Assembly (NCBI GenBank): GCA_044345405.1
Contig: JBIJBE010000035.1
Location: forward strand, 1 to 40,484
Length of the DNA: 40,484 nt
DNA from: Bdellovibrionota bacterium
Lineage (GTDB): Bacteria > Bdellovibrionota_C > UBA2361 > OMII01
Reading direction: 5' to 3'
Shown: in pieces, positions 1-9,837 of the stretch
Numbering within the stretch: position 1 is the stretch's first letter
Layout of the letters: each line of letters opens with the position of its first letter
Program-made: the position numbers and the translations under genes
Notes under the pieces: model-generated
The model's database searches: none
Told to the model about the DNA's origin: nothing
Seen by the model: only the letters and a program-made list of their open reading frames with translations

Positions 1-396
1 TAAAGCACAGATGCGCATTATCTCCTTCATCCAAGACCAGCACTCAATCAAGGACATCATGAAGGCTCAAGGAATCCCGGACTTCCAGGCGCCCCCGCAC
101 ATCCCTAAGTTCATCGATGCTTCTCACGCTATCGATGAACTACCCTCCTACGACTCATTTGAGCCGTCGCTTGATGACTTCTAGACTCCGCTTCCTCTGC
201 GACGGGACGGTGGAGTGTGGATAAAATGCTACTTTTCGCGACTTGGGTCGCCCTTCCACGCTCTCTTTGGAGGATTGAAACCATAGCGTGGAGCCACAGA
301 CAACTGATTTCGACCCTCGCTTGACCCATCTCGGCGGTACAAGTAGCGGCTGCCTACTACAGTCTACTTACAAAAAAGCGATCGATCATCCTATCC
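1..396 (+). mobile_element. 3' end of an IS91/ISCR-like element with candidate oriIS terminus
   Basis: About 190 nt after the transposase stop lies AAAAAAGCGATCGATCATCCTATCC (372-396), which resembles the ISCR oriIS end (GCGTTTGAAxTTCCTATAC-like). Confidence 0.55.
2..184 (+). CDS. C-terminal end of an IS91/ISCR-family (Y2 HUH, rolling-circle) transposase, truncated by the window edge
   Basis: Frame 2 reads KAQMRIISFIQDQHSIKDIMKAQGIPDFQAPP...DDF*. This matches the typical IS91-family C-terminus (CxxC-GG-x-MRIIAFI-x-D-xx-I-xx-IL...RAPP). It is not in the supplied ORF track. Confidence 0.7.
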   Translation, partial: KAQMRIISFIQDQHSIKDIMKAQGIPDFQAPPHIPKFIDASHAIDELPSYDSFEPSLDDF

Positions 397-849
397 TTCT
401 CGTACTACTTCTGCGCGTGTAGCGACTTATCACTTTTATACGAGGCTTATGATTTCAGTTCTCAGTCTGAAGCTTGAGGCGTTCCGCTTGAGTCTTCTGG
501 CCTTCGTTTCTCAAGTCTCCGTTAGTATACGTCTCGTCCCTGAAATGTACCGATGGCCCCGGAGCTTGTCGTCTCTCGTTCGAGCGAGTACTCGACGCTA
601 TTATTTCACGGTCCTCAGAGCGGATCGTAACACAGCGATTAACGCTATGCTTCTTTAGTCGGATGTATTGGTTATACTGGTGGAACTTGTGAGTATTTTG
701 CTTTGTCAAAAAACTGGGCTGTAAGCTTGATGGGGCTCGTGTTTCTTCGACACAAGTAGATTCCTTTGGGAGCGACGTTAATCAAAGGGTTTGCGGGGTG
801 GTGGGACAGGTGCGAACAGCAGCGAACTCAAGAGCACTGAGCTAATAAT

Positions 850-1031
850 CGGAGGGCGACCATTCCTCCCCCGTCGCTAAAGCTATGGGGGACAGGTCGG
901 TCGCCGGAAGGTGGCGTGTCACAAACGACCTTCGCCTCGCGCAACACGGCTTGTGCCCCATAGCTTTAGCGTCGGGGCACGGTCAGGATCCCACTTCGCT
1001 TCGCTACGAGGGACAAGCTGACCGCCCTCCG
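850..1031. repeat. Cluster of three REP-like palindromes inside a larger inverted repeat
   Basis: CCCCGTCGCTAAAGCTATGGGGGACAGG (869-896), an inverted copy CTTGTGCCCCATAGCTTTAGCGTCGGGG (950-977) and a variant TCCCACTTCGCTTCGCTACGAGGGACAAG (989-1017). The cluster is closed by CGGAGGGCG (850-858) / CGCCCTCCG (1023-1031). Confidence 0.7.
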
Positions 1032-1069
1032 AGGTCACGGGTCTACGAAATGGGGTACATGCCACAAAC

Positions 1070-1097
1070 AAAAAAAGGCCGCCCTCTCGGACGACCT
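1070..1097 (-). terminator. Intrinsic terminator downstream of rho
   Basis: Minus strand reads AGGTCGTCC-GAGA-GGGCGGCCT then a T run; the stem pairs with G.U on this strand. Confidence 0.85.
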
Positions 1098-1120
1098 CTT
1101 TTCGCGAAGAAGGGAATTCC

Positions 1121-2374
1121 CTACCCCTTCATCTTATCCAAGAACTCCTTGTTGCTCTTGGTTCCGTCCATCTTGCTGACGAGGAACTCCATAGCCTCAA
1201 CGGAGTTGAGTGGGTTGAGCACCCGTCGGAGCGCCCAGACCTTCTGCATGACGTCGTTCTCAAGGAGGAGGTCCTCTTTACGAGTTCCAGAAGCCTTGAT
1301 GTCCATCGCTGGGTACACACGTCGCTCAGCGAGCTTACGATCGAGCACGATCTCGCTGTTACCGGTTCCCTTGAACTCCTCGAAGATAACTTCATCCATT
1401 CGGCTTCCGGTCTCGATGAGCGCGGTACCGATGATGGTGAGGCTTCCGCCCTCTTCAACGTTACGAGCTGCACCGAAGAAACGCTTCGGCTTGTGGAGCG
1501 CGTTAGCGTCAACACCTCCCGAGAGGATCTTGCCGCTTGGTGGAACGACCGTGTTGTACGCGCGCGCGAGACGGGTAATAGAATCAAGAAGGATCACCAC
1601 ATCACGCTTGTGCTCAACGAGACGCTTCGCCTTCTCGATCACCATATCAGCGACCTGTACGTGACGCTGTGCTGGCTCGTCGAAGGTTGAGCTCACGACC
1701 TCGCCCTTTACGGAGCGGGCCATGTCGGTAACTTCCTCAGGACGCTCGTCGATGAGGAGAACCAAGAGAATGATCTCAGGATGATTCTCGGTGATCGCGT
1801 TCGCGATGTTCTGCAAGAGGATCGTCTTACCGGTACGTGGAGGAGCGACGATCAACGCGCGCTGTCCCTTACCAACTGGGCAGAAGAGCTCCATGATGCG
1901 GGTCGAAAGAGCGCCGCTCTTGGTCTCAAGCTTGATACGCTCATCTGGGTAGAGCGCTGTAAGGTTGTCGAAGTGGATCTTCGTCTTAAGAACCTCGGGT
2001 GGATCGTAGTTAACCGAGTTAACCTTCAAGAGCGCGAAGTATCTCTCGCCTTCCTTCTCACGAGGGGAACGGATCTGACCTTCGATAGAATCTCCAGTCT
2101 TCAATCCGAACCGTCGTATCTGAGCTGGCGATACGTAGACGTCGTCTGGACCTGGAAGGTAGTTGTAATCTGGAGAACGAAGGAATCCGAATCCATCGGG
2201 AAGGCACTCGAGAACGCCGCTCGCGTAGATGCTTCCGTTCGCGTCAGCCTGCGCCGCGAGGATCGCGAAGATCAACTCTTGGCGTCTCATGTTATTAGCG
2301 CCTTCGATATCGAATTCGGCGGCCAACTTCATGAGCTCTTCGGTCTTTTGGCGTTTTAGTTCATTGAGGTTCAT
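1121..2374 (-). CDS. rho: Transcription termination factor Rho
   Basis: [27 protein letters not shown], Walker [33 protein letters not shown]. 417 aa with no N-terminal insertion. Confidence 0.99.
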   Translation of the reverse strand: MNLNELKRQKTEELMKLAAEFDIEGANNMRRQELIFAILAAQADANGSIYASGVLECLPDGFGFLRSPDYNYLPGPDDVYVSPAQIRRFGLKTGDSIEGQIRSPREKEGERYFALLKVNSVNYDPPEVLKTKIHFDNLTALYPDERIKLETKSGALSTRIMELFCPVGKGQRALIVAPPRTGKTILLQNIANAITENHPEIILLVLLIDERPEEVTDMARSVKGEVVSSTFDEPAQRHVQVADMVIEKAKRLVEHKRDVVILLDSITRLARAYNTVVPPSGKILSGGVDANALHKPKRFFGAARNVEEGGSLTIIGTALIETGSRMDEVIFEEFKGTGNSEIVLDRKLAERRVYPAMDIKASGTRKEDLLLENDVMQKVWALRRVLNPLNSVEAMEFLVSKMDGTKSNKEFLDKMKG

Positions 2375-2527
2375 GGTGTAACACTCGATTTATTGTTTCT
2401 ACACACTACTCGTTCAGCGCTCGCCCGCACACTCGTGGTTGCCTCTCTCTTCGGAGCGACACCGCTACACATGTGACCTACTTGCCTTTGAGTTTTTTGT
2501 TCTTGGAGTCAATCGTTACAGATGTCC

Positions 2528-2541
2528 GGATACGTGTATCC
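2528..2541. promoter_or_regulatory. Palindromic motif GGATAC-N2-GTATCC (copy 1, in the rho leader)
   Basis: CGGATAC-GT-GTATCCG; the same 13-mer recurs at 24448 and, inverted, at 36875. Confidence 0.45.
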
Positions 2542-2699
2542 GACAAAGTTGTTATTGAGTACGTATCTCTCGAACAGCCGCGATTCCCCTTCCCCTTGGG
2601 CTCTCCACAACACCTCGGTCCACAACATCACTGAAAAAGCGATGCTTAGAGGAACCCGATGCGAGGGATGAAAAGGGGCGCTAGCATTACCGACGAAGG

Positions 2700-2728
2700 A
2701 TACTAAAAGAAGCGCCGGAGGCCGTCGA
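2700..2728 (-). promoter_or_regulatory. Candidate sigma70 promoter of rho, giving a ~320-nt 5' leader
   Basis: Minus strand TCGACG-N17-TAGTAT. Confidence 0.45.
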
Positions 2729-2772
2729 AAGACGTCTCCCTAACGCTTTCGTAGCAAGGAGTTGACGGTGCG

Positions 2773-3462
2773 TCAAGCCCCCTGCTTTCGCTCCTCAATC
2801 GTTTTCGCGGCCACCGCCCTGAGGTAAGTCGGCTCCAGGGCAGCGATTTCCCCTAGGTCAAAGGTTTTTGCCCCACCACCATCGAGCGTTAAAAGTCCCT
2901 TGGCGATGTCAGGTTCTCCCGCTAAGGGCACTCCCGGAAGGGTAAAATCACGCTGAGGGGTCACCCAACGCGTCCCCTCCTTAGCCCACAACGCCCCATT
3001 GAGATCCGCCACCGGCACGATACAGGGAGGCACCTCCTCAACCACAGGAGAGCCCCGAGTATACGCCGCGGCGAACACCTCATCACGACGGGCATCAGCG
3101 AGCACGACGACGCGAGAAAGGGAGCTGTCCCGCGACATGGCTGCCGCGGCCGCCCCTGCAAGAGAGGAACAACCGACGAGGGGCACCCGAAGGGACCACG
3201 CCAATCCTTTGACGAAGCTCATCCCGATACGGAGTCCGGTGAACGACCCCGGACCTATCCCGATACGAATGGAGAGAATATCAGCGGTACCCATCCCCGC
3301 GTCGGCGCAGACACGCCCTACCAAGAGCGGAAGCTGCTCGAAGTGATCCCCCGAACCCGCCGAGGACACAGCGGTGCACACACCGGAACCGTTTACGACC
3401 GCGACGCTACAGAACGAGCCACTCGTATCGATCGCTAAAACGTTCTCACACACTACCGCCAT
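2773..3462 (-). CDS. tsaB: tRNA threonylcarbamoyladenosine biosynthesis protein TsaB
   Basis: LAIDTS, GPGSFTGLRIG, DARRDEVF, LEPTYLR. Confidence 0.95.
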   Translation of the reverse strand: MAVVCENVLAIDTSGSFCSVAVVNGSGVCTAVSSAGSGDHFEQLPLLVGRVCADAGMGTADILSIRIGIGPGSFTGLRIGMSFVKGLAWSLRVPLVGCSSLAGAAAAAMSRDSSLSRVVVLADARRDEVFAAAYTRGSPVVEEVPPCIVPVADLNGALWAKEGTRWVTPQRDFTLPGVPLAGEPDIAKGLLTLDGGGAKTFDLGEIAALEPTYLRAVAAKTIEERKQGA

Positions 3463-3474
3463 CGGACCCAGCTA

Positions 3475-4704
3475 CTAAAAGAGGGACCACGGAATAATTC
3501 GCCGAATATCGTTCCCGATTGCGAACACCATGAGGAGAAGAAGAACGGTCATCCCTACCCGCATCGCGTATTCCTGGAACCGCATACTGAGCGGTCGCCC
3601 ACGGAGGAACTCAAGGGTAAAGAGCACAAGGTGACCACCATCCAATACCGGGATCGGGAGGAGGTTCATGACACCGAGCGTTACGTTCAGGAAGATCATC
3701 ATCGAGATAATCGCGAGCCATCCCTCGCTAGCGCTCGCCGCGGTTTGCTTAATAATCTCGATCGGCCCGCCGATCGCTTTCTGCGGATTAATGAGACCGG
3801 TGAGGAGCCCTTTCAACACCCGAAGGGTCTGCAGCGACAGCCCAACGACCTGCTTCTGACCAGCGTCCATCGCTCCAAGTAATCCCACATCCTCATACTC
3901 GACGTTCTTAAACGCGGGGGCGATACCGATGCGATAGGTCGGCTTATCACCGGTCGTTCCCTCGAGAGCGTCGAGTTCGGGGCTACTGGCCTGAGGATTA
4001 ATCGTGAGCTCGATCGTATCTGCCGCGGCTGTCGCTCCAGCTGACTCCTGGGCAGCCCGTTCAATCCTCACCGTGAGAGGCTTTCCATCGGAGCCACGCA
4101 CGATATCAATCAACTCTTTATAACTCTCAACCCCTTCGCCATTCACGGTAAGGATACGGTCACCTACCTTCATTCCGGATGACTCAGCGGGCATCCCTGG
4201 CGAGATTCCACCAACGGTAACCGGTCCGTCGATGATCTTGGGAAGACCGATCGTGTAGTACATGCCGGAAGCGAGAATCCAGGCGAAGAGGAAGTTAAAG
4301 AGCGGCCCAGCGAGGACGATAGCGGCGCGAGGGCCGTATGGCTTCTTGAGGAACCACCGAGAGGAATCCTTTACCATCGCCTCTTGCAGAGGGGTCAACT
4401 TCTCGTCTCCACCCTCGATAGGCGAGGCGCCCGCGGCCGCTTGCTCAGCGATCTCCTTTTCGGAGCGGTTTGGGTCTCCGTGGACCATCGTCGGGTCATC
4501 ACCGGCCATGCGCACGAAACCACCGAGTGGGATCAAACGAATCGTGTACGTCGTCTCCCCAAACTGGAAGCGGGTAAGCACCCGACCGAAGCCGAGAGCG
4601 AACTCAAGCACTCCCACACCGAAGTACTTCGCGACGAGAAAGTGGCCGAGCTCGTGTACGAAGACGAGGATGCCGAGGACTAGGATAGCGGTAATAATGC
4701 TCAT
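3475..4704 (-). CDS. rseP: RIP metalloprotease RseP (M50 family, one PDZ domain)
   Basis: HELGH, IPLGGFVRM, AGPLFNF, NLLPIPVLDGG; canonical position after dxr. Confidence 0.97.
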   Translation of the reverse strand: MSIITAILVLGILVFVHELGHFLVAKYFGVGVLEFALGFGRVLTRFQFGETTYTIRLIPLGGFVRMAGDDPTMVHGDPNRSEKEIAEQAAAGASPIEGGDEKLTPLQEAMVKDSSRWFLKKPYGPRAAIVLAGPLFNFLFAWILASGMYYTIGLPKIIDGPVTVGGISPGMPAESSGMKVGDRILTVNGEGVESYKELIDIVRGSDGKPLTVRIERAAQESAGATAAADTIELTINPQASSPELDALEGTTGDKPTYRIGIAPAFKNVEYEDVGLLGAMDAGQKQVVGLSLQTLRVLKGLLTGLINPQKAIGGPIEIIKQTAASASEGWLAIISMMIFLNVTLGVMNLLPIPVLDGGHLVLFTLEFLRGRPLSMRFQEYAMRVGMTVLLLLMVFAIGNDIRRIIPWSLF

Positions 4705-4710
4705 ATCGTT

Positions 4711-5901
4711 CTATGTTCGAATACTCGTCGCGTGTTGTCGAGCCCACACCGACACCTCATCGGTAAGTGAGAAGAGCCCCTCTATATCCTGATAAGACCG
4801 GGAACCGAACTTCTCAAGGGAATCCCCTATCAATCTATGAATAGACTCGAAGGATAGAGCCTTATTCAAAAAGAGCTCTACCGCAACCTCATTTGCGGCG
4901 TTTAAGACCGCGCAGGCCCCGTTAGCACCCTCAATACACTCCCTAGCCCGGCGTAATCCTGGGAACTTTTGGTCATCAACGGGAAGGAAGGTCAGCTCCG
5001 TCACCTTGGTAAAATCGAGTCGTTCCATGACCCCACGGGCTCGGTCATTTGGGTAGGTCAACGCGTACGCAATCGGCCCCTTCATGTCGGGAATGGAGAG
5101 CTGCGCTAAGATCGTACCGTCCACCAATCGAATCATCGAATGGATGATGCTTTGCGGGTGGATGATAACCTCAATTCGCTTCGAGGGGACGTTGAAGAGC
5201 CAGCGAGCCTCTATCACCTCAAGCGCCTTATTCATCATCGTCGCGGAGTCGATCGAGATCTTCGCCCCCATATTCCACTTCGGGTGCTTGAGCGCCCGCT
5301 CAGGGGTAATTACGCTAAACTCTGAGAGTGGCGTGTGGAGGAACGGACCACCAGAGGCGGTGAGAATAACGGATTCCAGGTCCTCCTCCTGCGTTCCTTG
5401 GAGCACCTGGAAGATAGCCGAGTGCTCACTATCAACGGGAATAATCGATACACCCGCCGCGCGAGCCCGCTCCATGACGAGCTCACCACCCACTACGAGC
5501 GACTCCTTGTTGGCGAGCGCGATATCCTTACCGGAATCTATCGCCGCCAAAACACCCGAGAGCCCAGCCATGCCGACAACGGCCGCGACAACAACCTCAG
5601 CCCGACTTTCCCTAATCAGGCTCACGATGGCGTCATCGCCACACACAAGCTCGGTCTCATTCCATCGTGCTGTGGTCGGCGACACACCGAGCCCTTTGCA
5701 GAGCGCTTCAAAGCCAGCGGCATCACTCACCGCCGCGACCCGAGGACGGAACGACCGCACTTGCTCGGCGAGCACGTCACCACGACGACCAGCAACGAGG
5801 CAGTCGATAACGAATCGGCCGGGGTTAGCCTTCACCACCTCAAGGGTTGAGGTCCCGATGGAACCCGTAGAGCCAACAACGGCGATGCGTCGAAGCCCCA
5901 T
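4711..5901 (-). CDS. dxr: 1-deoxy-D-xylulose-5-phosphate reductoisomerase
   Basis: GSTGSIG, LANKESLV, PVDSEHSAIFQ, LTASGGPF, HPKWNMGAKISIDSATM, NAANE. Confidence 0.99.
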   Translation of the reverse strand: MGLRRIAVVGSTGSIGTSTLEVVKANPGRFVIDCLVAGRRGDVLAEQVRSFRPRVAAVSDAAGFEALCKGLGVSPTTARWNETELVCGDDAIVSLIRESRAEVVVAAVVGMAGLSGVLAAIDSGKDIALANKESLVVGGELVMERARAAGVSIIPVDSEHSAIFQVLQGTQEEDLESVILTASGGPFLHTPLSEFSVITPERALKHPKWNMGAKISIDSATMMNKALEVIEARWLFNVPSKRIEVIIHPQSIIHSMIRLVDGTILAQLSIPDMKGPIAYALTYPNDRARGVMERLDFTKVTELTFLPVDDQKFPGLRRARECIEGANGACAVLNAANEVAVELFLNKALSFESIHRLIGDSLEKFGSRSYQDIEGLFSLTDEVSVWARQHATSIRT

Positions 5902-5902
5902 C

Positions 5903-6868
5903 TTAGAGCGCTCCGAGCAGTAAGAGGGTAAGCACTACCGCGGGAGCGGCACCGATCATGCCGTCGAACCGATCGAGTACGCCACCGTGTCCGGGGAAGA
6001 ACGCACCGGTGTCCTTCACGCCACGAAGGCGCTTGAGGTATGACTTTGAGAGATCCGCCGCCTGCGCTGAGATGACGAGGACGAAGGAGAGGAACGCGAG
6101 CTCCGCGGTGCTCAACAGACCACCAAGAATGAGGTGTCCCAATCCGATTCCAGCGAGGATGCCGATAACGTACCCAGCGACACTCCCCTCGATCGTCTTG
6201 TTCGGAGAGAGCGCGGGCGCCATCTTATTTTTTCCGAGATACTTACCCGCGAAGTAGGCCCCAGCGTCATTCAAGGCGACAACACCAACGAGCCACCACA
6301 CGAGGTGCACCCCGAACGGTAGCGAGGCGATAACGATAAGTTGCGGAGCGCAGATACCAACGAGCAAAAACGCTGGAGCGTAGCTCTCGGCGTGACGGGA
6401 ACCATCTTCAAGACGATTTCGCCCCGCGAAGGTTTGAAGGATCATGAGGACCTGAGCGCTCGCCACTATGGAGATAAAGAGGAGCTTCCAGTTGAGCGAC
6501 CCATCGAACACAGCTTGGGTACCAACAACGGTCGCGACGAGCGAGGGAAGCGCCATCACCACAAAGTGAAGCGTCCCCCACCCTTTGCGATACGCCGAGG
6601 TCACCGCGTCACGAGCGAAGAGGCGAACAACCTCAAACGCCGAGAGCACCCCGACACAACCGGCCCACGCCACCGCGAGGATACGGCCGTGCGGTACCAC
6701 CAACGCGATAATCGTCAGTGCCAGCGCGATAGCGAGCACGATAAGGGCGGTGAGAAGTCGATCCTTGAGGGACCCGGTATGATCAAATCGAAACGCTGAG
6801 AGAAGATTACTTACTGTCGATCTGCTCTTGAGTTCGTCCGAACCTGCGATTGCGTCCTGCGAAGACAT
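5903..6868 (-). CDS. cdsA: Phosphatidate cytidylyltransferase
   Basis: Multi-TM protein with D.GAYF.G, SPNKTIEG, S.LKR..GVKDTG..FPGHGGVLDRFD. The start overlaps the uppS 3' end by 62 nt. Confidence 0.95.
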   Translation of the reverse strand: MSSQDAIAGSDELKSRSTVSNLLSAFRFDHTGSLKDRLLTALIVLAIALALTIIALVVPHGRILAVAWAGCVGVLSAFEVVRLFARDAVTSAYRKGWGTLHFVVMALPSLVATVVGTQAVFDGSLNWKLLFISIVASAQVLMILQTFAGRNRLEDGSRHAESYAPAFLLVGICAPQLIVIASLPFGVHLVWWLVGVVALNDAGAYFAGKYLGKNKMAPALSPNKTIEGSVAGYVIGILAGIGLGHLILGGLLSTAELAFLSFVLVISAQAADLSKSYLKRLRGVKDTGAFFPGHGGVLDRFDGMIGAAPAVVLTLLLLGAL

Positions 6869-7586
6869 GGAGACACCTGTGAAACTCTTCAGTCGTGAAA
6901 TCAGGCCAGAGCACCGGAGTTACCACTATCTCCGCGTAGGCCAACTGCCATAACAAGAAGTTCGAGATACGGGTCTCATCACTCGTGCGAATGAGAAGTT
7001 CAGGATCTGGAACATCAGGAAGGTAGAGGGAGCGCGACACCATCTCTTCGGTAATCGATTCCGGCTCAACCTCACCAGCTTTGATAGCACGGCCGATCTT
7101 CCTCATCGCCTGCACTACCTCATCCCGCCCACCGTAGGAGACCGCGAGGATGAGATCCATGCCATCAAGGTGCTTCGTCTTCTCTTCGTTTCTGCGAAGG
7201 AGATCCTGAACCGCCTGTGGCAATCGAGCGATGTCACCCATCGCCCGAAGCCGTACGCCGTTCTTGAGGAGAACCTCAAGCTCCGACTCAAGGTGTCGCA
7301 GGAAGAGCTGCATCAACCCACCAACTTCCTCCGTTGGGCGGTGCCAGTTTTCAGTGGAGAACGCGAAGAGGGTTAAATAACGAACGCCTAGGCGACGCGC
7401 CTCCTCTACCGTTGAGCGAACGCTCTTGGCGCCGTTACGGTGCCCCTCTACACGAGGAAGGAAGCGCTTCTTAGCCCATCGTCCGTTGCCGTCCATGATT
7501 ATGGCGACGTGCTTCGGGATAACCTTGAGCGCGGTTTGCGCTGAGTTCCCCTCTTTCACCTTCGCTACTACTGATTCGCTCTCCAT
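6807..7586 (-). CDS. uppS: Undecaprenyl diphosphate synthase (isoprenyl transferase)
   Basis: PKHVAIIMDGNGRWA, FSTENW, YGGRDE, IRTS.E.RISNFLLWQ, RRFG. Confidence 0.98.
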   Translation of the reverse strand: MESESVVAKVKEGNSAQTALKVIPKHVAIIMDGNGRWAKKRFLPRVEGHRNGAKSVRSTVEEARRLGVRYLTLFAFSTENWHRPTEEVGGLMQLFLRHLESELEVLLKNGVRLRAMGDIARLPQAVQDLLRRNEEKTKHLDGMDLILAVSYGGRDEVVQAMRKIGRAIKAGEVEPESITEEMVSRSLYLPDVPDPELLIRTSDETRISNFLLWQLAYAEIVVTPVLWPDFTTEEFHRCLHVFAGRNRRFGRTQEQIDSK

Positions 7587-7623
7587 GGACCTTCTCGGAA
7601 TAGGTTAACGCGCGGAGCGGAGG

Positions 7624-8178
7624 TCACACCTCCATCAACTCCTTCTCCTTCGCACCAGCGGCCGCGTCGACCTCGGCGATCACCTTGTCGAGGATCTTCT
7701 GGATCTCATCCTGAGCACGACGTGAATCGTCCTCGGAGATCTCCTTGTTCTTGACCTGTTTCTTTACGTTCTCGACCTCATCGCGGCGAAGATTACGGAG
7801 AGCGACCTTAGCCTCCTCCGACATCTTTCCGACCTTCTTGATGAGGTCCTTACGCCGCTCCTCGTTGAGCGCTGGGATCACAACTCGAATAAGTGAACCT
7901 TCACGAGATGGATTCAACCCGAGCTCTGATTGTTGAATAGCTTTCTCGATCGCCTCAACAGCGCCACCGTCGTACACCTGAATCGTCAGCATGCGAGGCT
8001 CTGGAGCCGATATCATGCCGAGCTGCTGAATCGGGCAACGCGATCCGTAGTAATCTACCTGCACGCTCTCAAGGAGCTGCGGGGTCGCTCGTCCTGAACG
8101 GAGACGGCCAAGCTCCTTTTTGAAATGCTCAAGTCCCTTCGCGCAATTCGCTTTGTATGCGTCAAATTTTCCACTCAT
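7624..8178 (-). CDS. frr: Ribosome recycling factor
   Basis: LRSGRATP, VDYYG, LGLNP, P.LNEERRK.L, RNLRRD, KEKELM. Confidence 0.98.
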   Translation of the reverse strand: MSGKFDAYKANCAKGLEHFKKELGRLRSGRATPQLLESVQVDYYGSRCPIQQLGMISAPEPRMLTIQVYDGGAVEAIEKAIQQSELGLNPSREGSLIRVVIPALNEERRKDLIKKVGKMSEEAKVALRNLRRDEVENVKKQVKNKEISEDDSRRAQDEIQKILDKVIAEVDAAAGAKEKELMEV

Positions 8179-8210
8179 ACAGTATCCTTTAGTTCTCTAG
8201 TTTAACCGCT

Positions 8211-8927
8211 TTACCCTTCTACGAGAGTTCCTACCGTATCGCCACAGACGATCCGCTTGAGGTTCCCCTCGACTCCTACGTTAAACACCACGATCGGAAG
8301 ATTGTTCTCCATGCACAGCGAGATAGCCGCCGCGTCCATCACCTTGAGCCCCTTCTGAAGGACGTCCATAAAGGTGATCTTCCCGAACGGCTTGGCGTTC
8401 GGGTTTTTCTTTGGATCAGAATCGTATACCGCGTCGACCTTCGTTCCCTTAAGAAGGATTTCGGCGCCAACCTCCATAGCGCGAAGGCTCGCGGCGGTAT
8501 CGGTTGTGAAGAATGGATTTCCTGTCCCGCACGCGAAGATTACAACACGCCCCTTCTCAAGGTGTCGTGTGGCGCGGCGCTTGATGTATGGCTCGGAGAT
8601 CTCTTTCATCTCGATAGCGGAGAGCACACGGGTATGCACCCCTTCCGCCTCAAGGCGGTCTTGAAGCGCGAGCGCGTTGATTGCGGTTGCGAGCATTCCC
8701 ATGTAGTCGCCCGTCACGCGATCGAGTCCTTGCGAACCCGCTTGCACACCGCGGAAGATATTACCTCCTCCGATAACGACACCCACCTCAACGCCAAGCT
8801 GCGTGACCTCACGGATCTGACTGACGAGCGCGTTGATGATCGAGGACTCGATACCGGTCCCCTTCTCACCACCAAGGATCTCACCACTCAGCTTCAGAAG
8901 GATTCGCTTATACTTTACGTTGGTCAT
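8211..8927 (-). CDS. pyrH: UMP kinase
   Basis: [38 protein letters not shown]. Confidence 0.99.
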   Translation of the reverse strand: MTNVKYKRILLKLSGEILGGEKGTGIESSIINALVSQIREVTQLGVEVGVVIGGGNIFRGVQAGSQGLDRVTGDYMGMLATAINALALQDRLEAEGVHTRVLSAIEMKEISEPYIKRRATRHLEKGRVVIFACGTGNPFFTTDTAASLRAMEVGAEILLKGTKVDAVYDSDPKKNPNAKPFGKITFMDVLQKGLKVMDAAAISLCMENNLPIVVFNVGVEGNLKRIVCGDTVGTLVEG

Positions 8928-9077
8928 GGATTCTCCGGGGGATTAGTGCTCGATAGCGGTCGGTTTCTCGGGAGCAAGACTACGCTCCCCTTCTGTCACC
9001 GTCGGAAACCGATAGGACGGCGACAGCGGCGCGCCCTCATCTTTCTACAAGATGAGAGCGGCCGTGTCTTGGTGGTA

Positions 9078-9731
9078 TTACTTACCTACCATCGCGGCAA
9101 CGTCTTCCGCGAGGTTTCCAGCAACCTTCTCTACGCCCTCACCAACCTCAAGTCGGCTGAAGCGTCGAACAGTTACCTTCTCACCGCATCGCATGCTCAT
9201 GTCATCGATGAGGGTCTTGATCGTCTTCGAATCGGTCTCATCCTTGATGTAGACCTGCTTCATGAGAACAACGCCCTCGAGGAACTTCTCGACCTTACCT
9301 GGAAGGATCTTGTCAGCCTTCTTCTTCTGCTCGTCGTTAAGCTGCTCCATGAGGATCTCTTTTTCCTTCTCAAGGATCTGCTCTGGAACTTCCTCAACGG
9401 TGAGGTAGCGAGGCTTCATAGCCGCTACGTGCATAGCGAGGTCCTTAGCCAACTGACGGAACTCCTCTCCACGACCTACGAAGTCGGTCTCACAGTTGAG
9501 CTCGACAACGGAAACAACTTGGTCGCCAGGGTGGATGTACACGCCAAGGGTTCCCTCAGCGGCGGTCTTTCCAGAACGCTTCTCGATATCCTTAAGGCCC
9601 TTCTTACGAAGGATCTCGATTGCCTTATCGATCGACCCTTCCGCCTCGTTCAAGGCGCCCTTGCAATCCATCATTCCAGCTCCGGTCATCTCACGAAGCT
9701 TCTTAATCATGTCACTGGTAATCGCAGACAT
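9078..9731 (-). CDS. tsf: Elongation factor Ts (short form, 217 aa)
   Basis: IKKLREMTGAGMMDCK, AAEG, ELNCETDFV, RRFSRLEVGE. Confidence 0.98.
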   Translation of the reverse strand: MSAITSDMIKKLREMTGAGMMDCKGALNEAEGSIDKAIEILRKKGLKDIEKRSGKTAAEGTLGVYIHPGDQVVSVVELNCETDFVGRGEEFRQLAKDLAMHVAAMKPRYLTVEEVPEQILEKEKEILMEQLNDEQKKKADKILPGKVEKFLEGVVLMKQVYIKDETDSKTIKTLIDDMSMRCGEKVTVRRFSRLEVGEGVEKVAGNLAEDVAAMVGK

Positions 9732-9778
9732 ACTTTCTCCTGTTTTGGTTTGAATTAAAAACTATAGGTCACATGGCT

Positions 9779-9820
9779 GCGCGCACCTCACTTCGGCGAA
9801 ACCGAAGCGATGGTGCGCGC
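9779..9820 (-). other. Intercistronic hairpin between rpsB and tsf
   Basis: GCGCGCACC-TCACTTCGG-CGAAA-CCGAAGCGA-T-GGTGCGCGC; no U tract. Confidence 0.6.
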
Positions 9821-9837
9821 GGATGGGGAGCGGCAGC

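Noticed and set aside
449-709. Short ORFs 449-658 (+) and 455-709 (-)
   Set aside because: No recognisable motif or RBS; probably disrupted DNA next to the IS end.
697-829. Possible second att or tRNA remnant (TGGTGGGACAGG...CGAAC) and loose similarity to 40375-40476
   Set aside because: The geometry does not fit a tRNA T-arm and the matches are only short scattered words.
8960-9065. Several hairpins between tsf and pyrH
   Set aside because: No recognisable RNA family and no U tract; ordinary intercistronic structure.
9078-9731. EF-Ts looks truncated at 217 aa
   Set aside because: The short form is a known natural variant in many phyla, and the ORF has an intact C-terminal motif.
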